64,000 nucleotides of DNA, from positions 32,001 through 96,000 of the forward strand of contig JBGSRK010000009.1 in the NCBI GenBank assembly GCA_041737595.1, given 5' to 3'. The notes beneath the pieces are model-generated. The model was not told the DNA's origin and ran no database searches. It saw only the letters and a program-made list of their open reading frames with translations. Origin of the DNA: Patescibacteria group bacterium (GTDB taxonomy: Bacteria > Patescibacteriota > CPR2 > UBA1875). Position 1 is the first letter of the stretch. Every line of letters starts with the position of its first letter. Below are positions 8,679 through 19,167 of the stretch, one piece after another. Both the position numbers and the translations under genes were made by a program.

Positions 8679-10151
8679 CTAAATATTCAAATTTGAAATT
8701 CGGCCATCATCATCAGATTCATCAAACACATCAATTTCATTTTCTTGAGTTTTTTGTGACGAATCTATCCCAAAATCCTTCTTTTTTTCAGCAATTACAT
8801 CTTTAATGCTTGAAAAAGGAACTTCAATTTTACTAACTTTTTCAATTGATTTTAGAGCAGTATCAATCGGATCCTTTGTAACTTCTGTAGTTTCTTGAAT
8901 TTCTTCTTCAGTTTCTGGATGAGAAAAAGATTCTTTTGTTGATTCAATTTCAATTTCTGATTTTGGTGGAGTTAAATCTTCCCCAATAACATCAAAAACG
9001 TTTTTATCTTTTGTTTCACCTCTTTTGGACCAAAAATCATGAATTTTTTTAATAACTTTTAGTTCAATTTCAGCTAGATCTTTTCCTGACTCTGAAAATG
9101 TTGCATTATTGGCAGAGCCTTCACCCCCAAGAGATTTCGCAAGAGTTGCAACTTCTGCCCCTTTTCTACCTTTTAATTTCCCAAATGCTTTACCTTTTTC
9201 GGTTTCACATAAAATAAGAACTGTGTCTGCGTCTGGAGTATTTGTTAAAAGTTCATCAGCCGCATCAGCAATATCTGCTGTCGTTATTGATTTATCAGAA
9301 ATATCAGAAATTGCTACCTTGGTCCAAGCAAAACTATGTTCTTTATCAATTTGAATACCTTCTATCATCTCTCCCCAAAGTTTCATCAGGGCAATTGGTT
9401 TCTTTTTATAAAGATTTGAAATAATTTCTTGTTGTCTACCACCAGCTGCAAGAAGTTGAGCTGCAACAGTTAAAGACTTAGGAGTGGTTGATTGTGAACG
9501 AAAACTTTGAGTATCAGATACAATACCGCAAAGTAAGCAAGTTGCAGCATCAGGGTCTGATATTTTAACTCCAAGTGCTTCAAAAAGGGATACAAGTATT
9601 TCTGATGTTGAAGAAGCTGTTAAATCAACTAAATTTACAGTACCAAAGTATTCATTCCCAGGATGATGATCGATATTTACGATTGGTACTTCAAAAAATA
9701 GTTCTGTATTTTTATCATAAATTTTATCTATTGTTTCTACGTCTGGAGTATCAAGCACAATTACTATATCTGGCTTTGGCATTCCATTTATGATTTCTAA
9801 AAATTCAAATTTAAGATTTCTATTTGCATCTAAAATAATATCAATGTGTTCATCGGCGTTTTTTACACTCATACTTGAAACTGGAAATTTTCTTGTATCA
9901 ATTCGTAGAATTTTTCCATCAGTGAAAAGAAGGCTCTTTTTTACTTTATTTATATTTGGTAAAAATTTAAAAACTTCAGGAATTTTATCAGAGATAATTA
10001 ATTCCACTGTTTTACCCATTGAAATTAATGCTTTTTCAATCGCAAGGGAAGAACCACAAAGGTCTCCATCAGGATTTTTATGCCCAATTACAAGCACACG
10101 ATTAGATTTTTTTATTAATTCAACGGTTTGTTGTTTTGGAGATAATTCCAT
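8679..10151 (-). CDS. DHH-family phosphoesterase (NrnA-like) with acidic C-terminal tail
   Basis: HKNPDGD, VLDT, NIDHH, SSTSE, GIVSDT. Confidence 0.85.
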   Translation of the reverse strand: MELSPKQQTVELIKKSNRVLVIGHKNPDGDLCGSSLAIEKALISMGKTVELIISDKIPEVFKFLPNINKVKKSLLFTDGKILRIDTRKFPVSSMSVKNADEHIDIILDANRNLKFEFLEIINGMPKPDIVIVLDTPDVETIDKIYDKNTELFFEVPIVNIDHHPGNEYFGTVNLVDLTASSTSEILVSLFEALGVKISDPDAATCLLCGIVSDTQSFRSQSTTPKSLTVAAQLLAAGGRQQEIISNLYKKKPIALMKLWGEMIEGIQIDKEHSFAWTKVAISDISDKSITTADIADAADELLTNTPDADTVLILCETEKGKAFGKLKGRKGAEVATLAKSLGGEGSANNATFSESGKDLAEIELKVIKKIHDFWSKRGETKDKNVFDVIGEDLTPPKSEIEIESTKESFSHPETEEEIQETTEVTKDPIDTALKSIEKVSKIEVPFSSIKDVIAEKKKDFGIDSSQKTQENEIDVFDESDDDGRISNLNI

Positions 10152-10307
10152 AAATTAAATTCCTATCATTAAAACCCATTCAGCCCTCTCAAAATTGAGT
10201 TGACTTAGCAGTATATATCCAAAGGGATTTGTAGTCAATAGTGTTTACAGATATTTAACAAAAATTTATTTACAAACTTTATCATTCATGCTAAACTTAC
10301 TTTCGTT

Positions 10308-10637
10308 ATGCCAATCATAAAATCAGCAATCAAAAAACAAAGACAGGATATCAAAGCCCGAATTCATAATCGGGGGATTCGTGATGCTTATAAAGAAGCT
10401 TCAAAGAATGTACGTAAACTTGTTGAAGCCGGTGAATTGAAAAAATCTGTAGAAGCATTAAAAGAAGCATATTCAAAGATTGATAGAGCCGCAAAAACTA
10501 ATGTTATTCATAAAAATAACGCCTCACGAAGGAAATCAAGACTTGCGGAAATTGTAAAAAATCAAAAAGTAGCCAAAAATGCTAAAAAGAGCGCGAAAAA
10601 AGTTGTCGCAAAGGTAACTAAAAAATCAAAAAAATAA
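10308..10637 (+). CDS. rpsT: 30S ribosomal protein S20
   Basis: MPIIKSAIK, IDRAAK..VIHKNNASRRKSRL. Confidence 0.96.
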   Translation: MPIIKSAIKKQRQDIKARIHNRGIRDAYKEASKNVRKLVEAGELKKSVEALKEAYSKIDRAAKTNVIHKNNASRRKSRLAEIVKNQKVAKNAKKSAKKVVAKVTKKSKK

Positions 10638-10662
10638 TCCGCAAGTAAACGGATTATTTTTT
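10632..10662. terminator. Bidirectional terminator between convergent genes
   Basis: AAATAATCCG-CAAGTAAA-CGGATTATTTTTT. Confidence 0.65.
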
Positions 10663-12087
10663 CTAAATAGAGGCGTAAAATTCTATTGGAGAATAGTCAT
10701 CAGTAAAAATTTTATCTGAATATGGGTTGATATCTAACCTATTTTTTAAAAGTTCAGAATATTTATTATTACCTTCGGGGATATCGCTATCTGTAGCCAC
10801 TAATATTACATTTTGTTTTATATTTTGGTTATCATTTTCAACTGGGAATACATATACATTATTAAAAACTTTTTTATAGGTTGAATATTCTGAGATAAAA
10901 TATTTACTATTAATCTTTGCAACCAGATTAATAACTATAACACCGTTTTTATTTAAAATTTCTGACTCTTTTTTAATTGCCTCCTCGGTACCAAGTTGAT
11001 AAGGAGGGACTATGCTTGTAAAAGCATCAATCATAATCACATCATATTTTTCTTTAGTATTATTCAAAAATACTCTACCATCTTCATGCACAATATTCAT
11101 CCTATCGTTATCCCTTAGATTAAAATACTTTTTCGCTATTTCAGTAACTTTAGGGTCTATTTCTACAACAGTTATATCCCCGCTATTTCTAGCTATAAAA
11201 TCTTTTGGATATGAATAAGCAGCTCCACCAATCATAAGGGCATTCTTTATATCAGGGTTAAAGAGTTCTGAAAGACGAAAATATTTAGTATATTCAAGAA
11301 CAAGCTCATTACTGTTTTTAAACATTGCCGATTGAACTCCTAACTTATCCTGAAGAAGTGCAAGGACATCTTTTCCAGTTAATTTATCTTTACCTTCCTG
11401 CAAAAGAATACGACTGTATTGAGTATCGATATCTAATAAATATTTACTTGAGACATTACTATCTACGGCATAAATGTAAAAAATTATCGGTATAAATATA
11501 AAAACCTTAGTTATATCTGGGTTTATTAACAAAGACGAAACTATAAGTAAAAAAACTAATAAATACAAAATATTTGTACTCCCCATTAATGGAATTAAGA
11601 TTAAACCTGCCCCGAATGTCCCAACAATACTTCCAAACGTTGAAACTGCATATATACCACCAACAGTGCTACCGCTGTCTTTTAAATTATTTAGTAATAG
11701 TCTTGTTGTATATGGTGTTACCATCCCTAAAAGAAAACTTGTGGGCCCAAAAAGAATAGCCGCTGCAATAAATGATCCTGCAATAGTACTTAAATTAGTC
11801 CCCAATAAATCTAAAATAGGTTCTTTAATAATAATATTTAAAGCGATTAGTAAGGCAGCAATTAAAATTATAGTTGAAAGTTTTTTAGGCTTTGGATCTT
11901 TATCCGCATATTTACCACCTAGATAATAACCTAAGCTCAAACTTGCTAAAACTACCCCAATAATATTGGTCCATACATAAATCGCATTTCCAAACTGCGG
12001 AGCGATAATTCTTGAACCAACAAGTTCAAAAATCATTACAACAGCGCCAACTATCGTAATTGCAATATATAAAAATATCCTTTTCAT
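10663..12087 (-). CDS. Membrane-fused spermidine synthase-like SAM-dependent transferase
   Basis: N-terminal TM domain (ELVGSR, GSIVGTF) plus C-terminal IGGAAY, VEIDP, EDGR, IDAF. Confidence 0.85.
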   Translation of the reverse strand: MKRIFLYIAITIVGAVVMIFELVGSRIIAPQFGNAIYVWTNIIGVVLASLSLGYYLGGKYADKDPKPKKLSTIILIAALLIALNIIIKEPILDLLGTNLSTIAGSFIAAAILFGPTSFLLGMVTPYTTRLLLNNLKDSGSTVGGIYAVSTFGSIVGTFGAGLILIPLMGSTNILYLLVFLLIVSSLLINPDITKVFIFIPIIFYIYAVDSNVSSKYLLDIDTQYSRILLQEGKDKLTGKDVLALLQDKLGVQSAMFKNSNELVLEYTKYFRLSELFNPDIKNALMIGGAAYSYPKDFIARNSGDITVVEIDPKVTEIAKKYFNLRDNDRMNIVHEDGRVFLNNTKEKYDVIMIDAFTSIVPPYQLGTEEAIKKESEILNKNGVIVINLVAKINSKYFISEYSTYKKVFNNVYVFPVENDNQNIKQNVILVATDSDIPEGNNKYSELLKNRLDINPYSDKIFTDDYSPIEFYASI

Positions 12088-12132
12088 ACATCGATTATAT
12101 CAAATATTTATTTAATCTAAATGAGTTAGATA

Positions 12133-13362
12133 TTAAACAACAAATGTAAGGGCTTTACCGATAGAATCTGCACGGCCTGTTCTACCAATTCTGTGAACAT
12201 AATCATCGTAGGTTTGAGGAACAGTATAGTTTATTACGTGAGTAACTTCTTTTATATCAAGACCTCTTGCTGCAACATCAGTTGCAACTAAGATATCTAC
12301 TCGATTTTCCTTAAAATTATTAAGAGCTCTTTGTCTTTGACCTTGTCTTTTGTCTCCATGTATTGAATCAGCTTTAAAACCATGGCTAATAAGATCATTT
12401 GAAAGTTTTTCTACATCTCTTTTTGTTTCAGAAAATACTAAAACCTTATTTGCCCCTGGTTCACTCAGTAAATCTGTAAGTTTCCCAAATTTCATATCTT
12501 TACTTGTACGGATAACTTCTTGTTTTACATTATTCGAAATTTCTTGAGATTTAACTTGCACAACAATAGGGTTATTTGAGAATATTTCAATTAAAGATTT
12601 AATTTTAGGTGGCATTGTTGCTGAGAAAAATAGACTCTGTCTTTCCTTCGGAAGTTCATTTAACATAAATTTTATTTCATCAACAAAACCCATATCAAGC
12701 ATACGATCCACCTCATCAAGTATCACATTTTTAAAAGTATGAAGCCTTATTAAACCTCTATCAGTTAGGTCTTTAATACGTCCAGGTGTTCCAATTATAA
12801 AATTTGGATTATGATTTTTAATATCTCTGATTTGTCGTCCAATAGGCATACCTCCAACGCAAGATACATAAAAAATTCTCATTCTGTATGAAAATTCTCT
12901 GAGCTCTGTCTCAATTTGAAGAGCAAGCTCACGAGTCGGTGCTACTATTAATACTTTTTCAGTTCTATCTCTATATACTTTTTCAATCATAGGCAAAAGA
13001 AAAGCAGCTGTTTTACCAGTACCTGTATTTGCCATACCAATAAGATCTTTACCTTCAAGAATTGGTTTGATTGATTGATCTTGGATAGGTGTTGGAGTTC
13101 GATAGCCTTTATATTTAAGATTATCTTGTATCCCCACTGATAAATCAAAATCCAAAAAAGTATTTTTGATTACTGTTTTTACTTGCGGTTCTGCCGCTTT
13201 TTGAATCGCTTTTTGGATATAAGAATTTATATCAAGTTTACTTTCACCTCTTCGCCCTCGATTATATTTTGGGCTATAAGTGTTGTGACCTGGTCTGCTT
13301 CTGAAATTACTTTGAGTTCTACCTCTACTAAAACCGTTATTTGATCTTCTACTTCCTTGCAT
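12133..13362 (-). CDS. DEAD-box RNA helicase (DEVD variant; start probably ATG 13362)
   Basis: PTPIQ, GTGKT, PTRELA, TPGR, DEVD, SAT, ARGLD, HRIGRTGR. Confidence 0.95.
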   Translation of the reverse strand: MQGSRRSNNGFSRGRTQSNFRSRPGHNTYSPKYNRGRRGESKLDINSYIQKAIQKAAEPQVKTVIKNTFLDFDLSVGIQDNLKYKGYRTPTPIQDQSIKPILEGKDLIGMANTGTGKTAAFLLPMIEKVYRDRTEKVLIVAPTRELALQIETELREFSYRMRIFYVSCVGGMPIGRQIRDIKNHNPNFIIGTPGRIKDLTDRGLIRLHTFKNVILDEVDRMLDMGFVDEIKFMLNELPKERQSLFFSATMPPKIKSLIEIFSNNPIVVQVKSQEISNNVKQEVIRTSKDMKFGKLTDLLSEPGANKVLVFSETKRDVEKLSNDLISHGFKADSIHGDKRQGQRQRALNNFKENRVDILVATDVAARGLDIKEVTHVINYTVPQTYDDYVHRIGRTGRADSIGKALTFVV

Positions 13363-13506
13363 AAAAAAAATTCCCGTCTCGACAAATTGTCGGATTATTA
13401 TTATTCTTTCTTTCAACAAGCTGCATAGAACGTCGAAAGAATAATACTTACGGAAATCTACAAAACTTTATTGACTCGAGAATTATATCAACTTTTTTTA
13501 TGATTG

Positions 13507-14115
13507 TCAATAATACTTTATAATAGTTTCGATAACTCGGTCTAAACTTTTTTCAGAAATCATAATTTTATTTTTTTCTAAGGTTATTCTATTTTTATAA
13601 ACGTCTGTCCAAGGAATATGAATAAATAAAAAGGGTATAGGGTTTTCACTTTCTGATATTTTTTTGCTCAATAAATATATTAAAGTATTGCAAATAAACC
13701 CTTCAGAATTATTTGAAAGCTCTGCTCTTATACCAAATTTTTCTAATTCTTTTACTAGTTGGGGAATTTTCCCCGAAGTATAATAAAATTCTTTATCCCC
13801 CTTAATAATTGGAACCCCTGAAAATTGCCTGCCTTCAGAGTCCATATATTTACTATTTTTAACATTTCTTCCTCGTGTTTCAAATCTAATAGAAGGGACT
13901 CTAGATGCAAGGCCAAAAGATATAACAATATCAGGTTTGTTTTTTTTAATAAGATCAGATGCAACTTTTACGGCATCATTATAGGAACAAGGTAATACTT
14001 TACCAATAATAATACTCCCTGCTATTTCCTTCCCATTAAGTCGGTTAATTAGATCTTGTGTAGGGTTATATTTATAATCCCCAAATGGGTAAAAACCCGT
14101 TAAAAGTACTTTTAT
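13507..14115 (-). CDS. pcp: Pyroglutamyl peptidase I, apparently starting at ATA; ORF track shows only its C-terminal half
   Basis: Frame open from ATA AAA GTA CTT TTA ACG GGT TTT (xKVLLTGFYPFG..NP); catalytic Glu (RFE), Cys (FICN), His (FIHIP); GGAG SD 7 nt upstream. Confidence 0.85.
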   Translation of the reverse strand: MKVLLTGFYPFGDYKYNPTQDLINRLNGKEIAGSIIIGKVLPCSYNDAVKVASDLIKKNKPDIVISFGLASRVPSIRFETRGRNVKNSKYMDSEGRQFSGVPIIKGDKEFYYTSGKIPQLVKELEKFGIRAELSNNSEGFICNTLIYLLSKKISESENPIPFLFIHIPWTDVYKNRITLEKNKIMISEKSLDRVIETIIKYY

Positions 14116-14136
14116 AATTTATCTCCAATACAAATA

Positions 14137-15246
14137 TTAAAAATTAAGAATGCTCTCAGGGGTTTCTCCACCTTGGCTTTTTATTTTTATCCCAGATTCT
14201 TTAACTATTGTTCCACAAACCTTTACCTTAAATTTATATTTTTCGGCTATTTCTTTTATTTTTTTATCTTCTGGCGCGATAATAAGCATACCTTGCCCCA
14301 TATTCCAAGTTTGATAAGCCTCCTTATCAGATACTTCTCCCATCTTTTGCATCTCTAACATTAGATCACATGGAGCAAAAAGATTTGGTAAATCTGCTCC
14401 TAGCCCTGATGGTCTTAAAATCCTGCCAAGTTTTCCTGGCACCCCTCCGCCTGTTACATGAACGACTCCATGGATTTCGGTTTTTGGCTCTTTTGAAAAA
14501 CCACCAGTAAGTTCACAAATAAATTTTGAATATATTTTAGAAGGCTCAAGTATTTTTTCTGCCAAATCTTCTTTTTTATGCCATTCATTTCCATAAGCAT
14601 TTGATAATATCTTTCTGGCTAAAGAAAGTCCATTTGATCTGAAACCACTTTCTGAAAGAGCAATAACCTTGTCCCCCTCTTTTATTTCATGGCCAGTAAA
14701 CATACGATCCTTTCTGGCAAACCAAACTAGACCAGCCCCCCAATTATAATTAAAATCACCATAGCCAGAAACTCTTGAACCAAGTTCTGCAAGTTCTCCA
14801 TTAATAACTGCAACATTTGCTTCTTTTGCAGCTGCAACATAACCGACGGCTAAATCTTTAAGAAAATTTTTAAATTCAACCCCATTTTTTGAAAGACAAT
14901 TTACGTCAAGGATTGAACCAATTAATACAGGTTCACCACCTCTCACTACTGCATCATCACAAACCATCGCAAAAAGATCATATGCAATTGTGTCATGTTT
15001 TCCGATTCTCTCACCTATTTCCATTTTTGTCCCAACACCATCAAAGCCAAGACACATTAATGAACCTTTTGGGAGTTCGCTTACATCAACTACTCTTACT
15101 CCGCTAAAATCGTCAAATGGGCTTATTACTTCACCAATTTCACCTTTCCGGTTTTCCCAAGTCAATTTAGCAGCTTGAAATAATACTTTTGAAGCATCAT
15201 CGCCTAATTCAATATCAACACCGGCATCTTTATAAGAAATTCCCAT
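14137..15246 (-). CDS. purM: AIR synthetase
   Basis: YKDAGVD, DGVGTK, GELAE, SGFRSNG, HVTGGG, TWNMGQG. Confidence 0.92.
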   Translation of the reverse strand: MGISYKDAGVDIELGDDASKVLFQAAKLTWENRKGEIGEVISPFDDFSGVRVVDVSELPKGSLMCLGFDGVGTKMEIGERIGKHDTIAYDLFAMVCDDAVVRGGEPVLIGSILDVNCLSKNGVEFKNFLKDLAVGYVAAAKEANVAVINGELAELGSRVSGYGDFNYNWGAGLVWFARKDRMFTGHEIKEGDKVIALSESGFRSNGLSLARKILSNAYGNEWHKKEDLAEKILEPSKIYSKFICELTGGFSKEPKTEIHGVVHVTGGGVPGKLGRILRPSGLGADLPNLFAPCDLMLEMQKMGEVSDKEAYQTWNMGQGMLIIAPEDKKIKEIAEKYKFKVKVCGTIVKESGIKIKSQGGETPESILNF

Positions 15247-15247
15247 T

Positions 15248-16063
15248 TTAATCCTTTTGTTTAAAATAATTTACTGCGTTTTCAAAAATCATAAGAGCGG
15301 GTTCATAAATTTCACTTATTGCTATTTTTCTTCTTCTCGCTTGCTCTCTTTTTTCATAATAATCAGGATGAGAAAGAAATGAAATTGATCTTTCAGGGTG
15401 AGGCATCATTCCAAGAATATGGCCTGTTTCGTCACAAATACCAGCCACATCTTCTAATGCCCCGTTTGGGTTAAATGGAAACTCACCTTCTGCTAAGGTG
15501 CTATCTTCTTTCACATACCTAAATACGACTTGATCTGAGTCATTCATTTTACTCATCATTTTTTCATCGGCATAAAAATTACCCTCACCATGTGCAATTG
15601 GAATATTCATTTCTTTTATACCTTTTGTAAAAACACAAATATTTGATTCAACCCTTATCTTAACCCAACGGCATTCAAACCTAGCCTTCTGATTATGGAG
15701 AAGGGCAACCTGTTTTTCTCCATACCCACCATTGGCTGCAGGAAGTAACCCTAAATTAACTAGAATTTGGAAACCATTGCATATTCCAATTATCAGATTA
15801 CCTCTCTTAATAAAATCTTTAATCTCTGTAAATAGGTTATTTTTTATTTTATTCGCAAAAGCTTTTCCAGAACCAGTATCATCACCATAAGAGAAACCAC
15901 CCGGGAAAACAAGAATCTGAGCACTTTTTAACTTTGATTTATCTTCTGTTAAATCATTTATATGAACAATTTCTACATCTGCACCAACCTTATTAAATGC
16001 AAAAGCAGTCTCCTCGTCACAATTTATCCCATATCCGGTGATTACAATTACTTTTGGTTTCAT
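15248..16063 (-). CDS. purQ: FGAM synthase glutaminase subunit
   Basis: PGGFSYGD, GICNGFQ, AHGEG, NPNG, MMPHPER. Confidence 0.95.
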   Translation of the reverse strand: MKPKVIVITGYGINCDEETAFAFNKVGADVEIVHINDLTEDKSKLKSAQILVFPGGFSYGDDTGSGKAFANKIKNNLFTEIKDFIKRGNLIIGICNGFQILVNLGLLPAANGGYGEKQVALLHNQKARFECRWVKIRVESNICVFTKGIKEMNIPIAHGEGNFYADEKMMSKMNDSDQVVFRYVKEDSTLAEGEFPFNPNGALEDVAGICDETGHILGMMPHPERSISFLSHPDYYEKREQARRRKIAISEIYEPALMIFENAVNYFKQKD

Positions 16064-19000
16064 TTAATAGTCCTTTAATGTTTTATGATAATTATTTTGA
16101 AGATCATTTATTAATAAATTAATTATTTTTTCCCCATTACTATTTATTATAAATCGGTTATTATCTGAAACCTCGCCAATAAATGTAGCGTCCACTGAAA
16201 ACAATTTTTCAAATTCTTCTTTATTTTCCTTTGCTATACTTACTAAAAATCTACTCTGTGTTTCAGAAAATAAATATTGATCCTTTTTTATTGTTTTTTC
16301 ATCAGTATTTATATCTATTTTTACCCCTAAATTACTAGATATCGTACTTTTTGCAAGAGCTACCCCAATACCACCTCTCTCAATACTAATCGACGAAGCT
16401 AATAGCCCCCTTTTTATAGCAATGGTAACTTTTTGGTATCTTTCTTTTGCAACTTTGGCATCAACTTTTGGAGAAGTATTCCCAATCGCGCCGAGTAATT
16501 TATAATATTCACTTCCACCTAATTCATCCTTTGTTTCTCCAATAACATATATTAAATCACCAGGAGTTTTAAAAGCTATATCTATAGTTTCAGAAACATC
16601 ATCTATAACCCCTATTGAAGATATTAACAGAGTTGGCGGGACTGATATTTTTATTTTATTATCTGAATCATCTTCATACCCAACAAAATCATTAAACATA
16701 CTGTCTTTCCCGGAAATAAATGGTGTTTCAAAGGCAACTGAATAATCATAACAAGCCTTAACAGCTTCTTTTAGTTGACCTAATCTTTCTGGCTCATTTG
16801 AACTACACCAACAGAAATTATCTAAAAGAGCTAATTTATTAATATCACCACCGGCAGAAATTGCATTTCTTATAGCAGTATCAATTGTACAAGCAGCCAT
16901 GTGGTAAGTGTCTATTTCTGAAAGATTTGGGTATAAGGCTTGTGAAAGTACTACTCCTTTTTTTGAATCAAGCCTTGGTCTTGTTATTGTAGTTGTCGAA
17001 TTCACTCTACCTTTACCTTGAAGTGGTTTTAAAACCGAACCTCCTTGTACTTCATGATCATATTGGGTAGAGATAAATTCAAAAGAAGATATATTTAATG
17101 TCGAGAGTATATCACAAATTATTTTATCTAGATCTGTTGGGAATTTGTCTGGTTCTGGATTTATTTTTTTTTGATATGAAGATGTGAGAACTTTATCAGG
17201 GAGACCATCATGAAGAAAGTCCATACTAATATCCATAATTACATTATTATTGAATTTAACAATACATTTCCCGTTATTTTTAAATTCTCCTATAATTGTT
17301 GCTTCTACTCCTCTTTTTTTCATTAATATATCGAAAGAATTCCATTTTTCTTTTGGAACTGAAAGAGTCATTCTTTCTTGAGATTCAGAAATCCAAATTT
17401 CCCAAGGTTTAAGACCAGGATACTTTAATGGAACCTTTTCTAAATCAACAACACACCCACCACATTCTTTTGCCATTTCAGCTACCGAACAAGAAATCCC
17501 ACCTGCCCCGTTATCTGTAATACTTGTATATAAATCTAAATCTCTTGCTTCTTTTACAATTGCATCAGAAAGCTTTTTTTGTGTTATTGGATCTCCAATT
17601 TGGACTGCAGTTGCAGGACTCCCAGAATCCATTGCTTCAGATGAAAAAGTAGCACCATGGATACCATCTGCCCCAACCTTGCCGCCAATCATTACAATAT
17701 AATCACCAGACTGTGCTTGTTTTTTTGTACTATCTTTCCTATTTATTGTCCGAGGGATTAACCCAACCGTACCAACAAAAACTAGTGGCTTTCCTCGATA
17801 TTTTTCATCAAAGTAAATAAATCCCTGAGGACTAGGTATTCCAGAACAATTTCCACCGACATTAACCCCTGAAATTACACCTTCCATTATTTTCCTTGGG
17901 CTAAGCATTTTTTGAGTTTTATTTGACCCTTTATAAAGTTTTCTTTCGTCTCTTGGATCAGCAAAACAAAATCCATAACGATTAATAACTGGTTTTGCTC
18001 CCATACCAAACCCAATTGTGTCACGATTAACTCCGACTATCCCAGTAATTGCTCCTCCGAAAGGATCAAGAGCAGAAGGGGAATTATGTGTCTCAACCTT
18101 ATCTGTAATTAAATATTCATCGTCAAATATAATCCCACCAGAATTATCAACAAAAACTGAAACACAAATATCATTCTTCCCTTTTTTCTTTCTAATTTCC
18201 TGGGTAGCTTTTTTAATGTAATCTTTGTAAAGCCCCCCTTTAATTTCATCTAAAGAAGCAGCAAAAATAGTATGTTTACAATGTTCTGACCAGGTTTGTG
18301 CAAGAGATTCAATTTCAATATCGGTTGGTATGCGTTTTTCTTTATTAAAATATTTTTTAATTTCTTTTAGTGATTCAAGATCAAGTGCTAAGGGGCCCCT
18401 TCTTGAACCATCTTTGTTTAAAACACCCTCTTTTCCCAGTTTTGTAAGTTCTTCATCTGAAAGATCTAAAGAAACTAAATCAGTAGTTTGACCTAATTCA
18501 AGTTTGACTAAAGGAGTTGAGATACCCATACCATTGTTTTTGATATAATCATTCTTAGATAAAAGTTGGGCTCTTTGAATAAGTGGGTTATAAAGTGATT
18601 CAGAAATTTCTTTTTGTTTATCAATTTCACCACTTATAAGATATAAAAATGATGAATATACAGACTCCTCATTCTTAAAATCACAATTTATTGATTCCGA
18701 AATTTCCTCTTTAATAGTAGTTGCAATATTATCAGTTACTCCCGGTAAAAAACCTATTTCAATTGCAAAATCAAAGTTTTCTATACTAGTTGGCTCATCA
18801 ATTTTTATCTCTTCATTTACTGAATTAAGTAATAGATCGGTGATTTTTTTAAGCTCATTTTGGCTAAAATCTTTTGCTATAGTATAAACATTAATAATTT
18901 TTACATTAGATATTTTGAATCCAAGAGATTTTAAATCAGCAAGTAGTGTTTCAGACCTGCCATCATGAATTTTTGATTTTATTTCTACCCTGTGTCCCAT
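16064..19000 (-). CDS. purL: FGAM synthase synthetase subunit with N-terminal PurS-like region
   Basis: QTWSEHCKH, KVETHNSPS, DNGAGG, SESQERM, QYDHEVQ, FISGKDS. Confidence 0.95.
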   Translation of the reverse strand: MGHRVEIKSKIHDGRSETLLADLKSLGFKISNVKIINVYTIAKDFSQNELKKITDLLLNSVNEEIKIDEPTSIENFDFAIEIGFLPGVTDNIATTIKEEISESINCDFKNEESVYSSFLYLISGEIDKQKEISESLYNPLIQRAQLLSKNDYIKNNGMGISTPLVKLELGQTTDLVSLDLSDEELTKLGKEGVLNKDGSRRGPLALDLESLKEIKKYFNKEKRIPTDIEIESLAQTWSEHCKHTIFAASLDEIKGGLYKDYIKKATQEIRKKKGKNDICVSVFVDNSGGIIFDDEYLITDKVETHNSPSALDPFGGAITGIVGVNRDTIGFGMGAKPVINRYGFCFADPRDERKLYKGSNKTQKMLSPRKIMEGVISGVNVGGNCSGIPSPQGFIYFDEKYRGKPLVFVGTVGLIPRTINRKDSTKKQAQSGDYIVMIGGKVGADGIHGATFSSEAMDSGSPATAVQIGDPITQKKLSDAIVKEARDLDLYTSITDNGAGGISCSVAEMAKECGGCVVDLEKVPLKYPGLKPWEIWISESQERMTLSVPKEKWNSFDILMKKRGVEATIIGEFKNNGKCIVKFNNNVIMDISMDFLHDGLPDKVLTSSYQKKINPEPDKFPTDLDKIICDILSTLNISSFEFISTQYDHEVQGGSVLKPLQGKGRVNSTTTITRPRLDSKKGVVLSQALYPNLSEIDTYHMAACTIDTAIRNAISAGGDINKLALLDNFCWCSSNEPERLGQLKEAVKACYDYSVAFETPFISGKDSMFNDFVGYEDDSDNKIKISVPPTLLISSIGVIDDVSETIDIAFKTPGDLIYVIGETKDELGGSEYYKLLGAIGNTSPKVDAKVAKERYQKVTIAIKRGLLASSISIERGGIGVALAKSTISSNLGVKIDINTDEKTIKKDQYLFSETQSRFLVSIAKENKEEFEKLFSVDATFIGEVSDNNRFIINSNGEKIINLLINDLQNNYHKTLKDY

Positions 19001-19067
19001 CTATATTTATTTAATCACAGTTTTTATTTATTAAGAAGCTTTTTAAGGTTATTGGATATTTCGACCA

Positions 19068-19096
19068 TTTACAGCTTATGGTTCTGATGATAGAAT
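19068..19096 (+). promoter_or_regulatory. Sigma70 promoter of purC
   Basis: TTTACA-17bp-TAGAAT with TGn extension. Confidence 0.6.
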
Positions 19097-19167
19097 GTCT
19101 CCACGTGAATATAGGATATGGATCCGTACTCAGGTTCCTAAAAACCGAAAGGCAAGGTGAATATCTA

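Noticed and set aside
13755-13964. Frameshifted or split pcp
   Set aside because: Manual translation shows one continuous frame 14115-13507; the 69-aa ORF is an off-frame artefact
19102-19160. Guanine riboswitch before purC (GATATGG present)
   Set aside because: P1-P3 pairings and the TTTCTACC and CCGTAAA cores cannot be formed
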